Of a DNA stretch of 64,000 nt, positions 31,667 to 41,036 are shown in pieces (position 1 is the first letter of the stretch; every line of letters begins with the position of its first letter). The position numbers and the translations under genes were made by a program. Location of the stretch: positions 30,010 through 94,009 of IMG/VR virus record IMGVR_UViG_3300025858_000016; one strand, 5' to 3'. The notes under the pieces are model-generated. The model was not told where the DNA came from. It searched no databases and was given only the letters and a program-made list of their open reading frames with translations. The DNA comes from a virus (Duplodnaviria > Caudoviricetes).

Positions 31667-33715
31667 ATGAAATCAATAAAAATACAACAAGAACAATCTA
31701 ATATCGTAAAAGAATTAGTAGGTGAAATCCAGTATCTCAATGGAGAGTATCGAGCTGGTAATCCTCAGGTATCAGATGAAGAGTATGATGAACTAATTGC
31801 AAAACTTGCATCAATTGATCCTGAAAATTCTATTCTAAAGAGGGGGATTATTGAGGAACAGAAAGACAATTCTCGTAAAAGAAAATTGCCTATTCCAATG
31901 ATGAGTATGAACAAATGTAAGACATTTGAAGAACTTAAAAGTTGGATTTACTCTACACTTAAAAAATTAAATTACTCTGATGAAGAAATTCAGAATGTAG
32001 AATTAGTTTTAACTCCTAAATATAATGGTATTTCTTTATTATATGATTCTAAAAACTTAGAAGCATTTACTAGAGGAGATGGGGAATTTGGTCAGAAATG
32101 TGATAATCATTTCTTAAAAATGGATATAAATTTTTCTGATGCTCCGGATATTTCAGATGGGACTTTTACTATAGGAGAAGCTATCATACCAACTTCTATT
32201 TGGGAAAAAGAATTTAAAGGTAAAGTTTCTCCTACCGGATTACCATACAAATTGAATAATGCTACAGTAGCAGGTTTATTCAATTGTGATGAACCATCTG
32301 ATATGTTACAGTATGTAACATTTATGAAATATGGTACACCAGTATTACCTCTTACTAATAAAGTTGAACAATTAGAGTATCTTAATGATATTTCAACACT
32401 AAAAGTTGATTTTCTTAAATTAAAATTCAGTGATCTTACTGAAGATATTTGTGATTTGATTTTTAAAAAGAATTCTAAACTGCTTCCTATTGATGGAGTA
32501 GTTGTTGAATTCAATGATAGAGACATTCGAAATAAATTGGGAAGAGAGCCTAATGGTAACCCAGCATATGCTCGTGCATTAAAATTAGATAAATGGTCTG
32601 AAGAAAAAGATACAGTAATTACTGGTTATGATTTTCAAATTTCAAAACAAGGTAAATTAAAGGGGGTTGTCACATTTGACCCTGTACTTATTAATGGTAC
32701 AGATGTTAAACAAGCTACTTTTTATAATGTTAAATTTATACGTAAGTATTGTTTATTTCCTGGTGTGAATATAACAGTAAAGAAAAGTGGAGAAGTTATA
32801 CCTAAAATAGTAGCTGTTGAAGGAATTAAATTGCCCACTGGATCAAATAGTGTTGAAGAATATGAGGTTAGTAAGAGGATATTTGAGACTGTTAAAGATA
32901 AGAAGTTTCCCAGTGATCAGGATATTATTAAATACTTCTTATCAACATTCTCCACTTGTCCATCATGTGGTTGTGGTTTAGTTGATGATGATACTTTTGT
33001 TGAACGTATCTGTAGTAATCCTAATTGTAAAGATAAACTAATTTCTAAATTGGAGCATTTTGTTACTGTATTAGAAATTGAAGAAGTTGGTCGTCCTACT
33101 ATTGAGGCAATGTTTGAAGCTGGTATTAATACTTGTGAAAAATTATATACTGTGTCAAAAAATGATTTAGCTAATATTTCAGGTTTTGGCGAATCAACAA
33201 TTAACACTATCGTTTCCCAATTCACTAAAGTGAGAGAAAGGGGAATTTCACTTGCTAAGTTAATGTATGCATTGGATATTTTTGAAGGTAAGATTGGTGA
33301 AAAGACTACTCAATTAATATTTGATTCTCTTGATATTTTTCTCGAAGAGAACCAAACAATTGATAAACTAAATAAGATAAAAGGTGTATCTGATATTACT
33401 GCAGGAGTATTCTTAGAAGGACTTGAGAAAATTAGTTCTAACACACTTTCTCTTTATAACGTGAATATGGTTGAGACAATACAGATAGTTCCTTCTGGGG
33501 ATAAATACCATGGTTTCTCAGTATGTTTCTCAGGTTTAAGAGATAAAGAACTTGAAAAGGTTATTATTGATAATGGAGGCAAGATTTCAGATAGTGTGAG
33601 CAAAAATACTACACATCTTATTGTTGCTGATATTAATCAGCATACTAGTAAAACTGTCAAAGCCAAAGAAATTGGAATTTATATAATGAGTGTTGAACAA
33701 TTCAAATCCATATAA
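31667..33715 (+). CDS. ligA: NAD+-dependent DNA ligase
   Basis: YRAGNPQVSDEEYD, PMMSM, KYNG (KxDG variant), TRGDG, IDGVV, SGEVIP, Cys4 finger, HhH, BRCT. Confidence 0.9.
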   Translation: MKSIKIQQEQSNIVKELVGEIQYLNGEYRAGNPQVSDEEYDELIAKLASIDPENSILKRGIIEEQKDNSRKRKLPIPMMSMNKCKTFEELKSWIYSTLKKLNYSDEEIQNVELVLTPKYNGISLLYDSKNLEAFTRGDGEFGQKCDNHFLKMDINFSDAPDISDGTFTIGEAIIPTSIWEKEFKGKVSPTGLPYKLNNATVAGLFNCDEPSDMLQYVTFMKYGTPVLPLTNKVEQLEYLNDISTLKVDFLKLKFSDLTEDICDLIFKKNSKLLPIDGVVVEFNDRDIRNKLGREPNGNPAYARALKLDKWSEEKDTVITGYDFQISKQGKLKGVVTFDPVLINGTDVKQATFYNVKFIRKYCLFPGVNITVKKSGEVIPKIVAVEGIKLPTGSNSVEEYEVSKRIFETVKDKKFPSDQDIIKYFLSTFSTCPSCGCGLVDDDTFVERICSNPNCKDKLISKLEHFVTVLEIEEVGRPTIEAMFEAGINTCEKLYTVSKNDLANISGFGESTINTIVSQFTKVRERGISLAKLMYALDIFEGKIGEKTTQLIFDSLDIFLEENQTIDKLNKIKGVSDITAGVFLEGLEKISSNTLSLYNVNMVETIQIVPSGDKYHGFSVCFSGLRDKELEKVIIDNGGKISDSVSKNTTHLIVADINQHTSKTVKAKEIGIYIMSVEQFKSI

Positions 33716-33717
33716 AA

Positions 33718-33939
33718 ATGACAACAAAAGAGCTTAAAAAGAAAGTCTATTCATCAAATGAATATGATGCATTACCTACACCTTGGGATGTTAAAGTTGT
33801 TCAGGAGACTCCTATTATCATAGATAGAGATGGTAATGAAGTTGCACAGGTAAGAATTTATGATAATGAAATGAATCCTTTATCAGAATTAGAGATTGTC
33901 GCAAATGTTAAAAGAATATTGATGAGTAATACTAAATAG
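33718..33939 (+). CDS. hypothetical protein
   Basis: ORF track. Confidence 0.55.
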   Translation: MTTKELKKKVYSSNEYDALPTPWDVKVVQETPIIIDRDGNEVAQVRIYDNEMNPLSELEIVANVKRILMSNTK

Positions 33940-33941
33940 TC

Positions 33942-34175
33942 ATGAATCAGAAAGAAAGAAGAATTTTACAAGAGTTTCCTAAAAAACTTGATGAAATAGT
34001 TAATGAAACTTTTGGTGAAGAAGTTAATTGTACGACAAAACTTAATTTCTTTGAAAATATGAGTTACACTACCTATTTTGAAGCCAAAGGAGAAAGGAGA
34101 AAAGAAATTGAGGCTTTTATTAATGGTTTTATGAAGGGTAATGAGGAATTAAGAACAAGATTAGAACTTGCATAA
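33942..34175 (+). CDS. hypothetical protein
   Basis: ORF track. Confidence 0.55.
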   Translation: MNQKERRILQEFPKKLDEIVNETFGEEVNCTTKLNFFENMSYTTYFEAKGERRKEIEAFINGFMKGNEELRTRLELA

Positions 34176-34178
34176 AAT

Positions 34179-34649
34179 ATGAAAAAGATTTTGTTAGTAA
34201 GTTTAGTTTTAATGTCTTTAAATTCCAGATCTCAATCTATCGGACTTGATTTTATGATGTCCTCAAAAGGATCATGTCAGTATGGCATAAATGTCGAATC
34301 ATTGTATAAGTGCTTCGGTGTTTATGCCAATACTCTTATTAAAGAGGACATTAATGCTGATATTACTTGGAGACATGATGGAGTAACTAATTATCATGGT
34401 TGGATAATAGGGGTAAGTTTGGATACAGGTTGGGATTTATTTCCTATTATTTGTATTGGTGCTGGTAAAACTAAATATATTCATTATGATTATTATGTTA
34501 CTGATATTATTAGTAAGCCTATATTTGAAGTAAGATCAGCAATACGTCTTTCTAAATTAAATAAAAGATTATCTTGGATTGATTTAGAATTTGGCATTAA
34601 TACTGAGATGCAGATAAATACTGGGGTGTTAATAAGATGTAAATTGTAA
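34179..34649 (+). CDS. secreted/outer-membrane beta-strand protein
   Basis: Signal peptide MKKILLVSLVLMSLNSRSQ; alternating hydrophobic strands. Confidence 0.5.
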   Translation: MKKILLVSLVLMSLNSRSQSIGLDFMMSSKGSCQYGINVESLYKCFGVYANTLIKEDINADITWRHDGVTNYHGWIIGVSLDTGWDLFPIICIGAGKTKYIHYDYYVTDIISKPIFEVRSAIRLSKLNKRLSWIDLEFGINTEMQINTGVLIRCKL

Positions 34650-34678
34650 AGGGTTATAGCCAGTTATTCATTTCAATC

Positions 34679-34912
34679 ATGGATGATAAATTAAGGCAAG
34701 AGCTAAGATCAAAGAAAATTAGGGAAATGAAAAACCCAACAATCGTAATGAATGAAAACGATTTTGAAGTTTTCAAAAAAGAAATTGAATCAAAAACAAC
34801 TGTTGTAGTTAGCGACAATCCAACTTATGAAGGTGTACCTATAAAGACAAATAATATAATTCAAAAAGGCAATATTGTTGTGTACGATGATGTTTCTCAT
34901 AATTGGCTATAA
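34679..34912 (+). CDS. cassette 1 hypothetical protein
   Basis: Stop TAA lies inside the CTATAAC inverse core. Confidence 0.65.
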   Translation: MDDKLRQELRSKKIREMKNPTIVMNENDFEVFKKEIESKTTVVVSDNPTYEGVPIKTNNIIQKGNIVVYDDVSHNWL

Positions 34913-34993
34913 CGTTTGAGTGTAAAAAAACGTTTTAATGTTTTTTACACTTTGTTATGTGCCGTTTTAATAAAAAATTAAAATCAAGAAACA

Positions 34994-35383
34994 ATGGAAA
35001 CAAAAATCGTTTACAGAATTGAAAATCCAGAAGATAAAGACGGGATGTGGTACACAAAAGATGGTATTCTTAGAAAGAAAATACACATACTTTGCCCTGA
35101 TGGGATAGCAAAAGATTTTCCAATGCCTTTTAACCCTATTCACAAAAAAGACGGTCATATTTGGCAAAGTGCAGGAAAGAGTGCTGAAAATATGAATCAA
35201 TGGTTCACAGCTTCTGATGCAATAAACTTATTCAATAACGGCTTTAAGTTATTTGAATTTGAAACCACAATGTTTCAGGAATTAGAAAATGAAATTCTTT
35301 TTTGTCTAAAAGGAATAGTCAAACAAAGAGAAATTCCATTGGAAAATGTTTGGGATATAGCTTCGGTGATTGGTCGCCCCTAA
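34994..35383 (+). CDS. cassette 2 hypothetical protein
   Basis: 129 aa; stop codon at the start of the TAAAATGGCACATAAC repeat. Confidence 0.7.
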   Translation: METKIVYRIENPEDKDGMWYTKDGILRKKIHILCPDGIAKDFPMPFNPIHKKDGHIWQSAGKSAENMNQWFTASDAINLFNNGFKLFEFETTMFQELENEILFCLKGIVKQREIPLENVWDIASVIGRP

Positions 35384-35480
35384 AATGGCACATAACGAAT
35401 GGCTATACGTAATAGCCTGAAAGCCTTGATAATTGCGGGATTTGAACTTTAGAGAAGATTTATCTATAAAATAAAGTAAT

Positions 35481-35687
35481 ATGACATTAGAGGGAATGAA
35501 AGAAAAGATCCTTAAATGGAAGGATTTCTATGGTGGAGATATTGCTGATTATGAAAGAGTAAATAGAGCAAATTCTAAAGAAGAATTAAAAACAATTCTT
35601 GAAGAACATAGATCATTCATGGAAGACATGTTGTCTGATGCTAATTCTCATTTAGATAATTTTGAAAAAGAATTAGGGATTTATTAA
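35481..35687 (+). CDS. hypothetical protein
   Basis: ORF track. Confidence 0.55.
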   Translation: MTLEGMKEKILKWKDFYGGDIADYERVNRANSKEELKTILEEHRSFMEDMLSDANSHLDNFEKELGIY

Positions 35688-35696
35688 AAATAAACT

Positions 35697-36047
35697 ATGA
35701 AAGAAAAACAATTTAACTATCGAAAATTTTATGAAAAATACTTGAGTCTCAAACTTGAGAATAATGAAGTTATTCATCATATAGATTTTGATAGAAATAA
35801 CAATGATATACTAAATTTAGTAGCCTTGCCTAAATGGTTACATAATAAATATCATATGTTATATAAAATTCATATGGGAAAATATTTTATTGATATCTCT
35901 TTAAACAACCCAGAGTTTGGTAATTCTATTAACAAAGAATATTTGAAGTCTTTATCAAAAATGATAGATGTGATTGAAGAGTGTAGAGCATATATAGAAA
36001 AACGAAATTCTATAATCTATAATAAACATATTGAGAATGAAAAGTAA
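35697..36047 (+). CDS. HNH endonuclease
   Basis: VIHHIDFDRNNNDILNLVAL...HNKYH. Confidence 0.8.
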   Translation: MKEKQFNYRKFYEKYLSLKLENNEVIHHIDFDRNNNDILNLVALPKWLHNKYHMLYKIHMGKYFIDISLNNPEFGNSINKEYLKSLSKMIDVIEECRAYIEKRNSIIYNKHIENEK

Positions 36048-36408
36048 AAGAGTTTTAACAGGCATTTGGATACCTATAGAAATATGGGAAGATACTAATT
36101 TAACTAGGGTAGAAAGAGATGCATTTGTTGAGATTATGCATTTAAGTAAATCATCTGAAAAAGGTTGTTTTGCTTCAAACTCTTATTTTGCTAAGATACT
36201 TAGAGTGTCAAATGGAAGAGTTAGCCAGATAATTAGTCATTTGAAAGAAATGGGGTATATTTTTGTTGATATGCAATACAAAGAATATTCAAAAGAAATT
36301 AATAAAAGGTATATAAGAGTTAATTACGCAAAAATTTATATAGAAGGTAATGAAGAATATGAGAGATTACTACTAAAAAGATTGTCAGAAAAATATGGGG
36401 GTATTTAA
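36037..36408 (+). CDS. HTH protein resembling the N-terminus of phage replication initiators (possibly truncated)
   Basis: GIWIPIEIW, GCFASNSYFAKIL.VS..RVSQIISHL..MGYI. Confidence 0.7.
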   Translation: MKSKRVLTGIWIPIEIWEDTNLTRVERDAFVEIMHLSKSSEKGCFASNSYFAKILRVSNGRVSQIISHLKEMGYIFVDMQYKEYSKEINKRYIRVNYAKIYIEGNEEYERLLLKRLSEKYGGI

Positions 36409-36457
36409 TTTATTAAATGGGGTATTTAATTTATTAAATGGGGTATTTAATTTATTA
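36398..36457 (+). repeat. 21-bp tandem repeat, about 3 copies (iteron-like)
   Basis: GGGGTATTTAATTTATTAAAT at 36398, 36419 and 36440 (last copy partial). Confidence 0.9.
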
Positions 36458-36520
36458 TAAGGATAGAATATAATAATAGATAATAATATTAGAAAATAGG
36501 AGGCGCAAGCGTACATTTTT

Positions 36521-38191
36521 ATGTCATTAAAAGAATATACAATAAGACATCACCTAATTAGTTTTAAAACTGATTATGATATTAACTTCATCACCTCTAT
36601 TAAAAATATTAGAGGCAGAAAATATGATGCAATAAATCATATTTGGTATTGCCCTATTAATTTGATAAATAAAGATGATATTGAAGATTTGATTTTAAAA
36701 TTTGGAATTCTTTGTTCTAATAATAGCGATTGTGATTGGAACACATATTTACTTGAAAATATAGATCTTTTATTAGAACAAAAGATAGACATGTTAGAAC
36801 GGAAAATAGAAGAGTTGAAGTTACCTTGGCTCGTTAGAGATTATCAATTTAATGGTATTGTTTATATGTTATATGCTAAAAGGTGTATTAATGGTAGTGA
36901 TATGGGAACTGGTAAGACTTTTATGTCTATTATGGCTGTTGAAACTGAGAATTTATTCCCATGTATAGTGATATCTCCTACTTCAGTTAAATATTATTGG
37001 GAAAGACAATGGAAATTTGTTAATAAAAATAGATTAATATCAGTTTTGGAGAATAATAAAATTGATTTTAACTCTGATGTATTAATATTTACTTATGGTT
37101 CACTGGGTAATAAGAAAGAAGAAGATGACAAAGTAAAGATTGATATAAAATATAAAGAATTATTAAATATAAGATTTAAATCAATAATTTGTGATGAATC
37201 ACATAACTTAAAATCTAGTAAAACCATAAGATCTAAATCTGTAAGAAAATTATCTAAGAATATTGATTATAGATTTTTTCTTACTGGCACACTTATTATG
37301 AACAGGCCATCAGAGGTTATAAATCAATTGAATTTATTAGATCAATTTAGTGATATTTTTAACTGGAATTATTTTATTGATAGATACTGTGGAGCATATA
37401 TGTCACCATTTGGTTTGAATTACTCAGGGGCAACTAATACATTAGAATTAAATACTATACTTAAAAAATATTGTTATTATCGTGTTGATAAGAAAGAAGC
37501 ATTACCCGACCTACCTAATAGAGTTGAAACTGTGTTGAGTGTTGATATTGATAATATGAAAGAGTATAAACATGCAAATAATGATTTTATCGAATATGTT
37601 AGAGAGAATATGGGTAATATTAAAGCTGAATCTGCTTTACTTGCAGAAACTATTGTTAAGATAAATTCATTGTCATATTTATCAGCTATTGGTAAGATAT
37701 CAAATATAGTAGAATGGGTTGAAGATTTTTTAGAGTCATCTAATGAGAAAATTGTTTTGTTTGGTATACATACAGATATTATAAAAGAATTATCCAGGAA
37801 GTTTAAATGTGATTATATTATAGGAGAAGTAAGTCAAAAGAAACGTCAAAATATAATTGATGATTTTCAGACTAATGATAAACGTATTTTAATAATGAAT
37901 ATTTTAACAGGTGGATTTGGGATAGATGGTTTGCAGAATATTTCTTCTAATATGTTGATTTATGAATTGCCTTGGCGTCCTACTGATATAGAACAGGTTA
38001 TTTCTAGATTAGAACGTAGTGGGCAAAAGAATAGTATTGGTGTTTATTTTATGCTAGGCAATAATACTATAGATATAAAAATTTGGGACATTATTTTACA
38101 GAAAGATAAAATTACTAGTAGTGTTAATAAGGGTGTGGAATCAGATAATAACAATAGATACTTGTATAATCTTATAGGTTCTTATTTATAA
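36521..38191 (+). CDS. SNF2/HARP-like helicase
   Basis: RDYQ, DMGTGKT, CDESH, LTGT, WRP...QVISRLERSGQ. Confidence 0.88.
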   Translation: MSLKEYTIRHHLISFKTDYDINFITSIKNIRGRKYDAINHIWYCPINLINKDDIEDLILKFGILCSNNSDCDWNTYLLENIDLLLEQKIDMLERKIEELKLPWLVRDYQFNGIVYMLYAKRCINGSDMGTGKTFMSIMAVETENLFPCIVISPTSVKYYWERQWKFVNKNRLISVLENNKIDFNSDVLIFTYGSLGNKKEEDDKVKIDIKYKELLNIRFKSIICDESHNLKSSKTIRSKSVRKLSKNIDYRFFLTGTLIMNRPSEVINQLNLLDQFSDIFNWNYFIDRYCGAYMSPFGLNYSGATNTLELNTILKKYCYYRVDKKEALPDLPNRVETVLSVDIDNMKEYKHANNDFIEYVRENMGNIKAESALLAETIVKINSLSYLSAIGKISNIVEWVEDFLESSNEKIVLFGIHTDIIKELSRKFKCDYIIGEVSQKKRQNIIDDFQTNDKRILIMNILTGGFGIDGLQNISSNMLIYELPWRPTDIEQVISRLERSGQKNSIGVYFMLGNNTIDIKIWDIILQKDKITSSVNKGVESDNNNRYLYNLIGSYL

Positions 38192-38202
38192 TGTTTATAA
38201 AT
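38184..38202. promoter_or_regulatory. palindromic operator copy
   Basis: ATTTATAATGTTTATAAAT followed by TAATGATA. Confidence 0.55.
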
Positions 38203-38294
38203 TAATGATAAATTATATTCGTATTTAGATTTTTTATAATTTTATTGTTCCAATTAAAATAAACAATGGTATTAATTAACAGAAAGAAAAACAG

Positions 38295-38648
38295 ATGAAG
38301 ACTTTCAATCAGGTCGTATTGGTTGGTTATGTAGGTGTAAAACCAACAGAAAAACATTTTGAAAATGACACAAGGTGTGTAAATCTTGTAGTTAAGACTC
38401 GTGAATTTTTTGGTCCCAAAGAAGACCGAAAGGTTGAGAAGAATTTCCATAATTGTATTCTTTGGAATTCAATTGGAGATGAAGCTATACGGATTCTTAA
38501 CAAAGGTGACAAAGTTATGGTTGTCGGTAAGTTAAAGACTAAGAAATTAGAAAAAGATGGAGAGTTTATCTATAAAACTGAAGTTGTTGTATCTGAATGG
38601 ACAAAAATTGCAGATAACGTAGATTTTGAGAAAACAGATGAAGATTAG
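38295..38648 (+). CDS. ssb: single-stranded DNA-binding protein (bacterial OB type)
   Basis: NQVVLVGYVG, FHNCILW, KGDKVMVVGKLKT. Confidence 0.85.
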   Translation: MKTFNQVVLVGYVGVKPTEKHFENDTRCVNLVVKTREFFGPKEDRKVEKNFHNCILWNSIGDEAIRILNKGDKVMVVGKLKTKKLEKDGEFIYKTEVVVSEWTKIADNVDFEKTDED

Positions 38649-39108
38649 TATCTATTGTGATGGTAGCTGTGATCATCGTAGTAGACTTGGTGGGATAGGC
38701 GTTTATATGAATGATGGTGATAGAGAATGGTTTCTTAGTGAAGGTTACAGAGATACCACAATATCACGTATGGAAGGGTTTGCATTATTACATGCATTAA
38801 GGTCTCTTAGTAAAGAGATTGAAATAAGTGCTAATGTATATTCTGACTCTGAATATATTGTTAGATCATTCACAGATAATCGTTTAACTAAGTGGGAGAT
38901 GATTGGGTGGTCAGGAGTAAAGAATGTTGATATGTGGAAAGCTATCATTGCAGAGATAAAAAATCATCCATTACTAACTTTAACATTTAAACACATTCGT
39001 GGGCACCAGACTAACATATCTGGTGCCCATGTTTTTGGTAATGCAATGGCGGATATGTTAGCAAATTATAAAACAAAGAATATTTATTTATCAGATAAAA
39101 TATCTTAA
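38638..39108 (+). CDS. rnhA: ribonuclease HI
   Basis: IYCDGS, RME, YSDSEY, KNVDMW, HIRGH, GNAMADMLA. Confidence 0.9.
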   Translation: MKISIYCDGSCDHRSRLGGIGVYMNDGDREWFLSEGYRDTTISRMEGFALLHALRSLSKEIEISANVYSDSEYIVRSFTDNRLTKWEMIGWSGVKNVDMWKAIIAEIKNHPLLTLTFKHIRGHQTNISGAHVFGNAMADMLANYKTKNIYLSDKIS

Positions 39109-39109
39109 T

Positions 39110-40702
39110 ATGCAAACACAAGAAATAACTATTGATACTAAAAAACTTCGTATTGGTGTAAATAAATTAGCTGATGCAGTAGGTAGTACTCTAGGAGCTA
39201 AAGGGAGAAATGTGATTATTGATAATGGATATATGTCACCTACTATTACTAAGGATGGCGTTACAGTTGCTCGTTCAATTACTCTTACTGATAGAGTAGA
39301 AAATATGGGAGCAAGGCTAATAAAAGATGTAGCTCATAAGACTAATGAAATTGCAGGTGATGGTACAACTACAGCTACAGTTCTTGCTGCTGCTATTCTT
39401 AATTCAGGGATGAAATATGTTGAATCTGGTTCTAATCCTATCTTCTTAAAAAGAGGTATTGATAAAGCAGTTAAAGTTGTTATTGATTATTTGAAAAGTA
39501 TAGCGGTTAAGAATGATGATACTAATAATATCAGAAGAGTAGCTACAGTATCAGCAAATGGTGATGAAGAAATTGGTGAAGGTATTTTTCATGCTGTTTC
39601 AAAAGCATCTAAAGATGGTATTATTTCAATACAAGAAGCATCTGGTATAGACACAGAGATTGAAGTTACAAAAGGTATGAAATTTGATAAAGGATTTTTA
39701 TCCCCTTATTTTGTTACAGATACTGTTAGAATGGAAGTTGTATTTGATAATCCCCTGATATTTTTGATAAATAAAAGAGTATCATTAGCTAGAGATTTAA
39801 TACAGTCATTAGAAATAGCTATTAAAGAAAAGAGACCTTTACTTATTATTGTTGATGATTTGGATTTGGAGGCTACCCAGATTTTAATTATGAATAAGGT
39901 CAAGAATGTGGTGCAAGTAGCTGCTGTTAAATCTCCATCATATGGAGCAATGAGAAAAGATATAATGCAAGATATTGCAATTTTAACAGGTGGTTTCGTA
40001 TATGAAGAAAATACTGGTTATAATTTGGAAGAAGTCACATTTGATACTCTTGGTAAAGCGAGTAAGGTTATAATTACTGCAAATGATACAGTTATTATTG
40101 ATGGCAAAGGAGACACGGAGGAAATAAAACAAAGGGTAGAATTAATAGATGAACATATAAAATTGGCTCCTAGTGAATATGATGCAGAAAAGTTACGTGA
40201 AAGGAAAGCAAAGTTAATTGGTGGAGTAGTGATAATTTATGTAGGTGGTATAAGTGAAGTTGAAATGAAGGAGAAAAAAGACAGATATGAAGATGCTCTT
40301 AATGCTACTAGAGCAGCTATTCAAGAAGGAATAGTTCCTGGCGGAGGTGTAGCATTATTACGTTGTATTAAAAGTTTAGATGATTGTGAATATGATAATT
40401 ATGATGAAAGATTAGGTATAGAAATTATACGTAAAGCTATAGAAGAGCCTTTTAAAGTTATAATGAAGAATGCTGGCTTGCCTGTAGATGTGATTATGCA
40501 TAGCATAATAAATGTTGATCCTAAAGTATATGATACAGGATATAATGTTTATAATGATAAATATGAGATGTTTTTTGATACTGGTATAATTGATCCCGTA
40601 AAAGTAACCAGAGTTGCTTTAGAGAATGCAGCTTCAGTTGCTGGATTATTACTTACTACTTCTTATACTATTTATAATGTTGGAGAAGAGAAAGATGAAT
40701 AA
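39110..40702 (+). CDS. groEL: chaperonin GroEL
   Basis: TLGAKGRNV, ITKDGVTVA, GDGTTTA, DALNATRAA, PGGG, DPVKVTR. Confidence 0.96.
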   Translation: MQTQEITIDTKKLRIGVNKLADAVGSTLGAKGRNVIIDNGYMSPTITKDGVTVARSITLTDRVENMGARLIKDVAHKTNEIAGDGTTTATVLAAAILNSGMKYVESGSNPIFLKRGIDKAVKVVIDYLKSIAVKNDDTNNIRRVATVSANGDEEIGEGIFHAVSKASKDGIISIQEASGIDTEIEVTKGMKFDKGFLSPYFVTDTVRMEVVFDNPLIFLINKRVSLARDLIQSLEIAIKEKRPLLIIVDDLDLEATQILIMNKVKNVVQVAAVKSPSYGAMRKDIMQDIAILTGGFVYEENTGYNLEEVTFDTLGKASKVIITANDTVIIDGKGDTEEIKQRVELIDEHIKLAPSEYDAEKLRERKAKLIGGVVIIYVGGISEVEMKEKKDRYEDALNATRAAIQEGIVPGGGVALLRCIKSLDDCEYDNYDERLGIEIIRKAIEEPFKVIMKNAGLPVDVIMHSIINVDPKVYDTGYNVYNDKYEMFFDTGIIDPVKVTRVALENAASVAGLLLTTSYTIYNVGEEKDE

Positions 40703-41036
40703 ATATTATATAATTAATCAAAGAGAGAACGTTGTAGACATTTCTAATGATGAGGTGTTTAAAGAATATTTGATATCTAAAGAAGATATTGTTGAACATT
40801 TGAGAGCACAGTTGATTTTTATGAAGGAACATAAAGATTATAGAATAAAACCAATTTTGATAGGTGTTACTACTGAGAAGTTTACTGAACTGGTAAGTCA
40901 TTTAAGTAGTAAGTATAAAGGATTTTTGTATAGTTATTTCGTTAATAGAAATCAGATACCTATATTACTTCAACCAAAAGGTGGTGTAATGATAGTTATA
41001 TTGGATTCTGAAAAAATGGCTAAAAACAATGACTAA
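40695..41036 (+). CDS. hypothetical protein
   Basis: Probable ATG at 40695, overlapping the groEL end. Confidence 0.55.
   Translation: MNKYYIINQRENVVDISNDEVFKEYLISKEDIVEHLRAQLIFMKEHKDYRIKPILIGVTTEKFTELVSHLSSKYKGFLYSYFVNRNQIPILLQPKGGVMIVILDSEKMAKNND

Larger units (their letters stand above)
34653..35420 (+). mobile_element. two tandem integron-like gene cassettes with attC-like sites (no integrase in window)
   Basis: Each ORF is bounded by GTT-core and inverse-core AAC inverted repeats (15 and 16 bp, one G-T each); a hairpin lies between the cassettes. Confidence 0.7.

Noticed and set aside
31510-31740. Minus-strand ORF of 76 aa
   Set aside because: Antisense reading of tRNA-Arg
36398-36457. 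21-bp repeats as a CRISPR array
   Set aside because: Directly tandem with no spacers, and no cas genes
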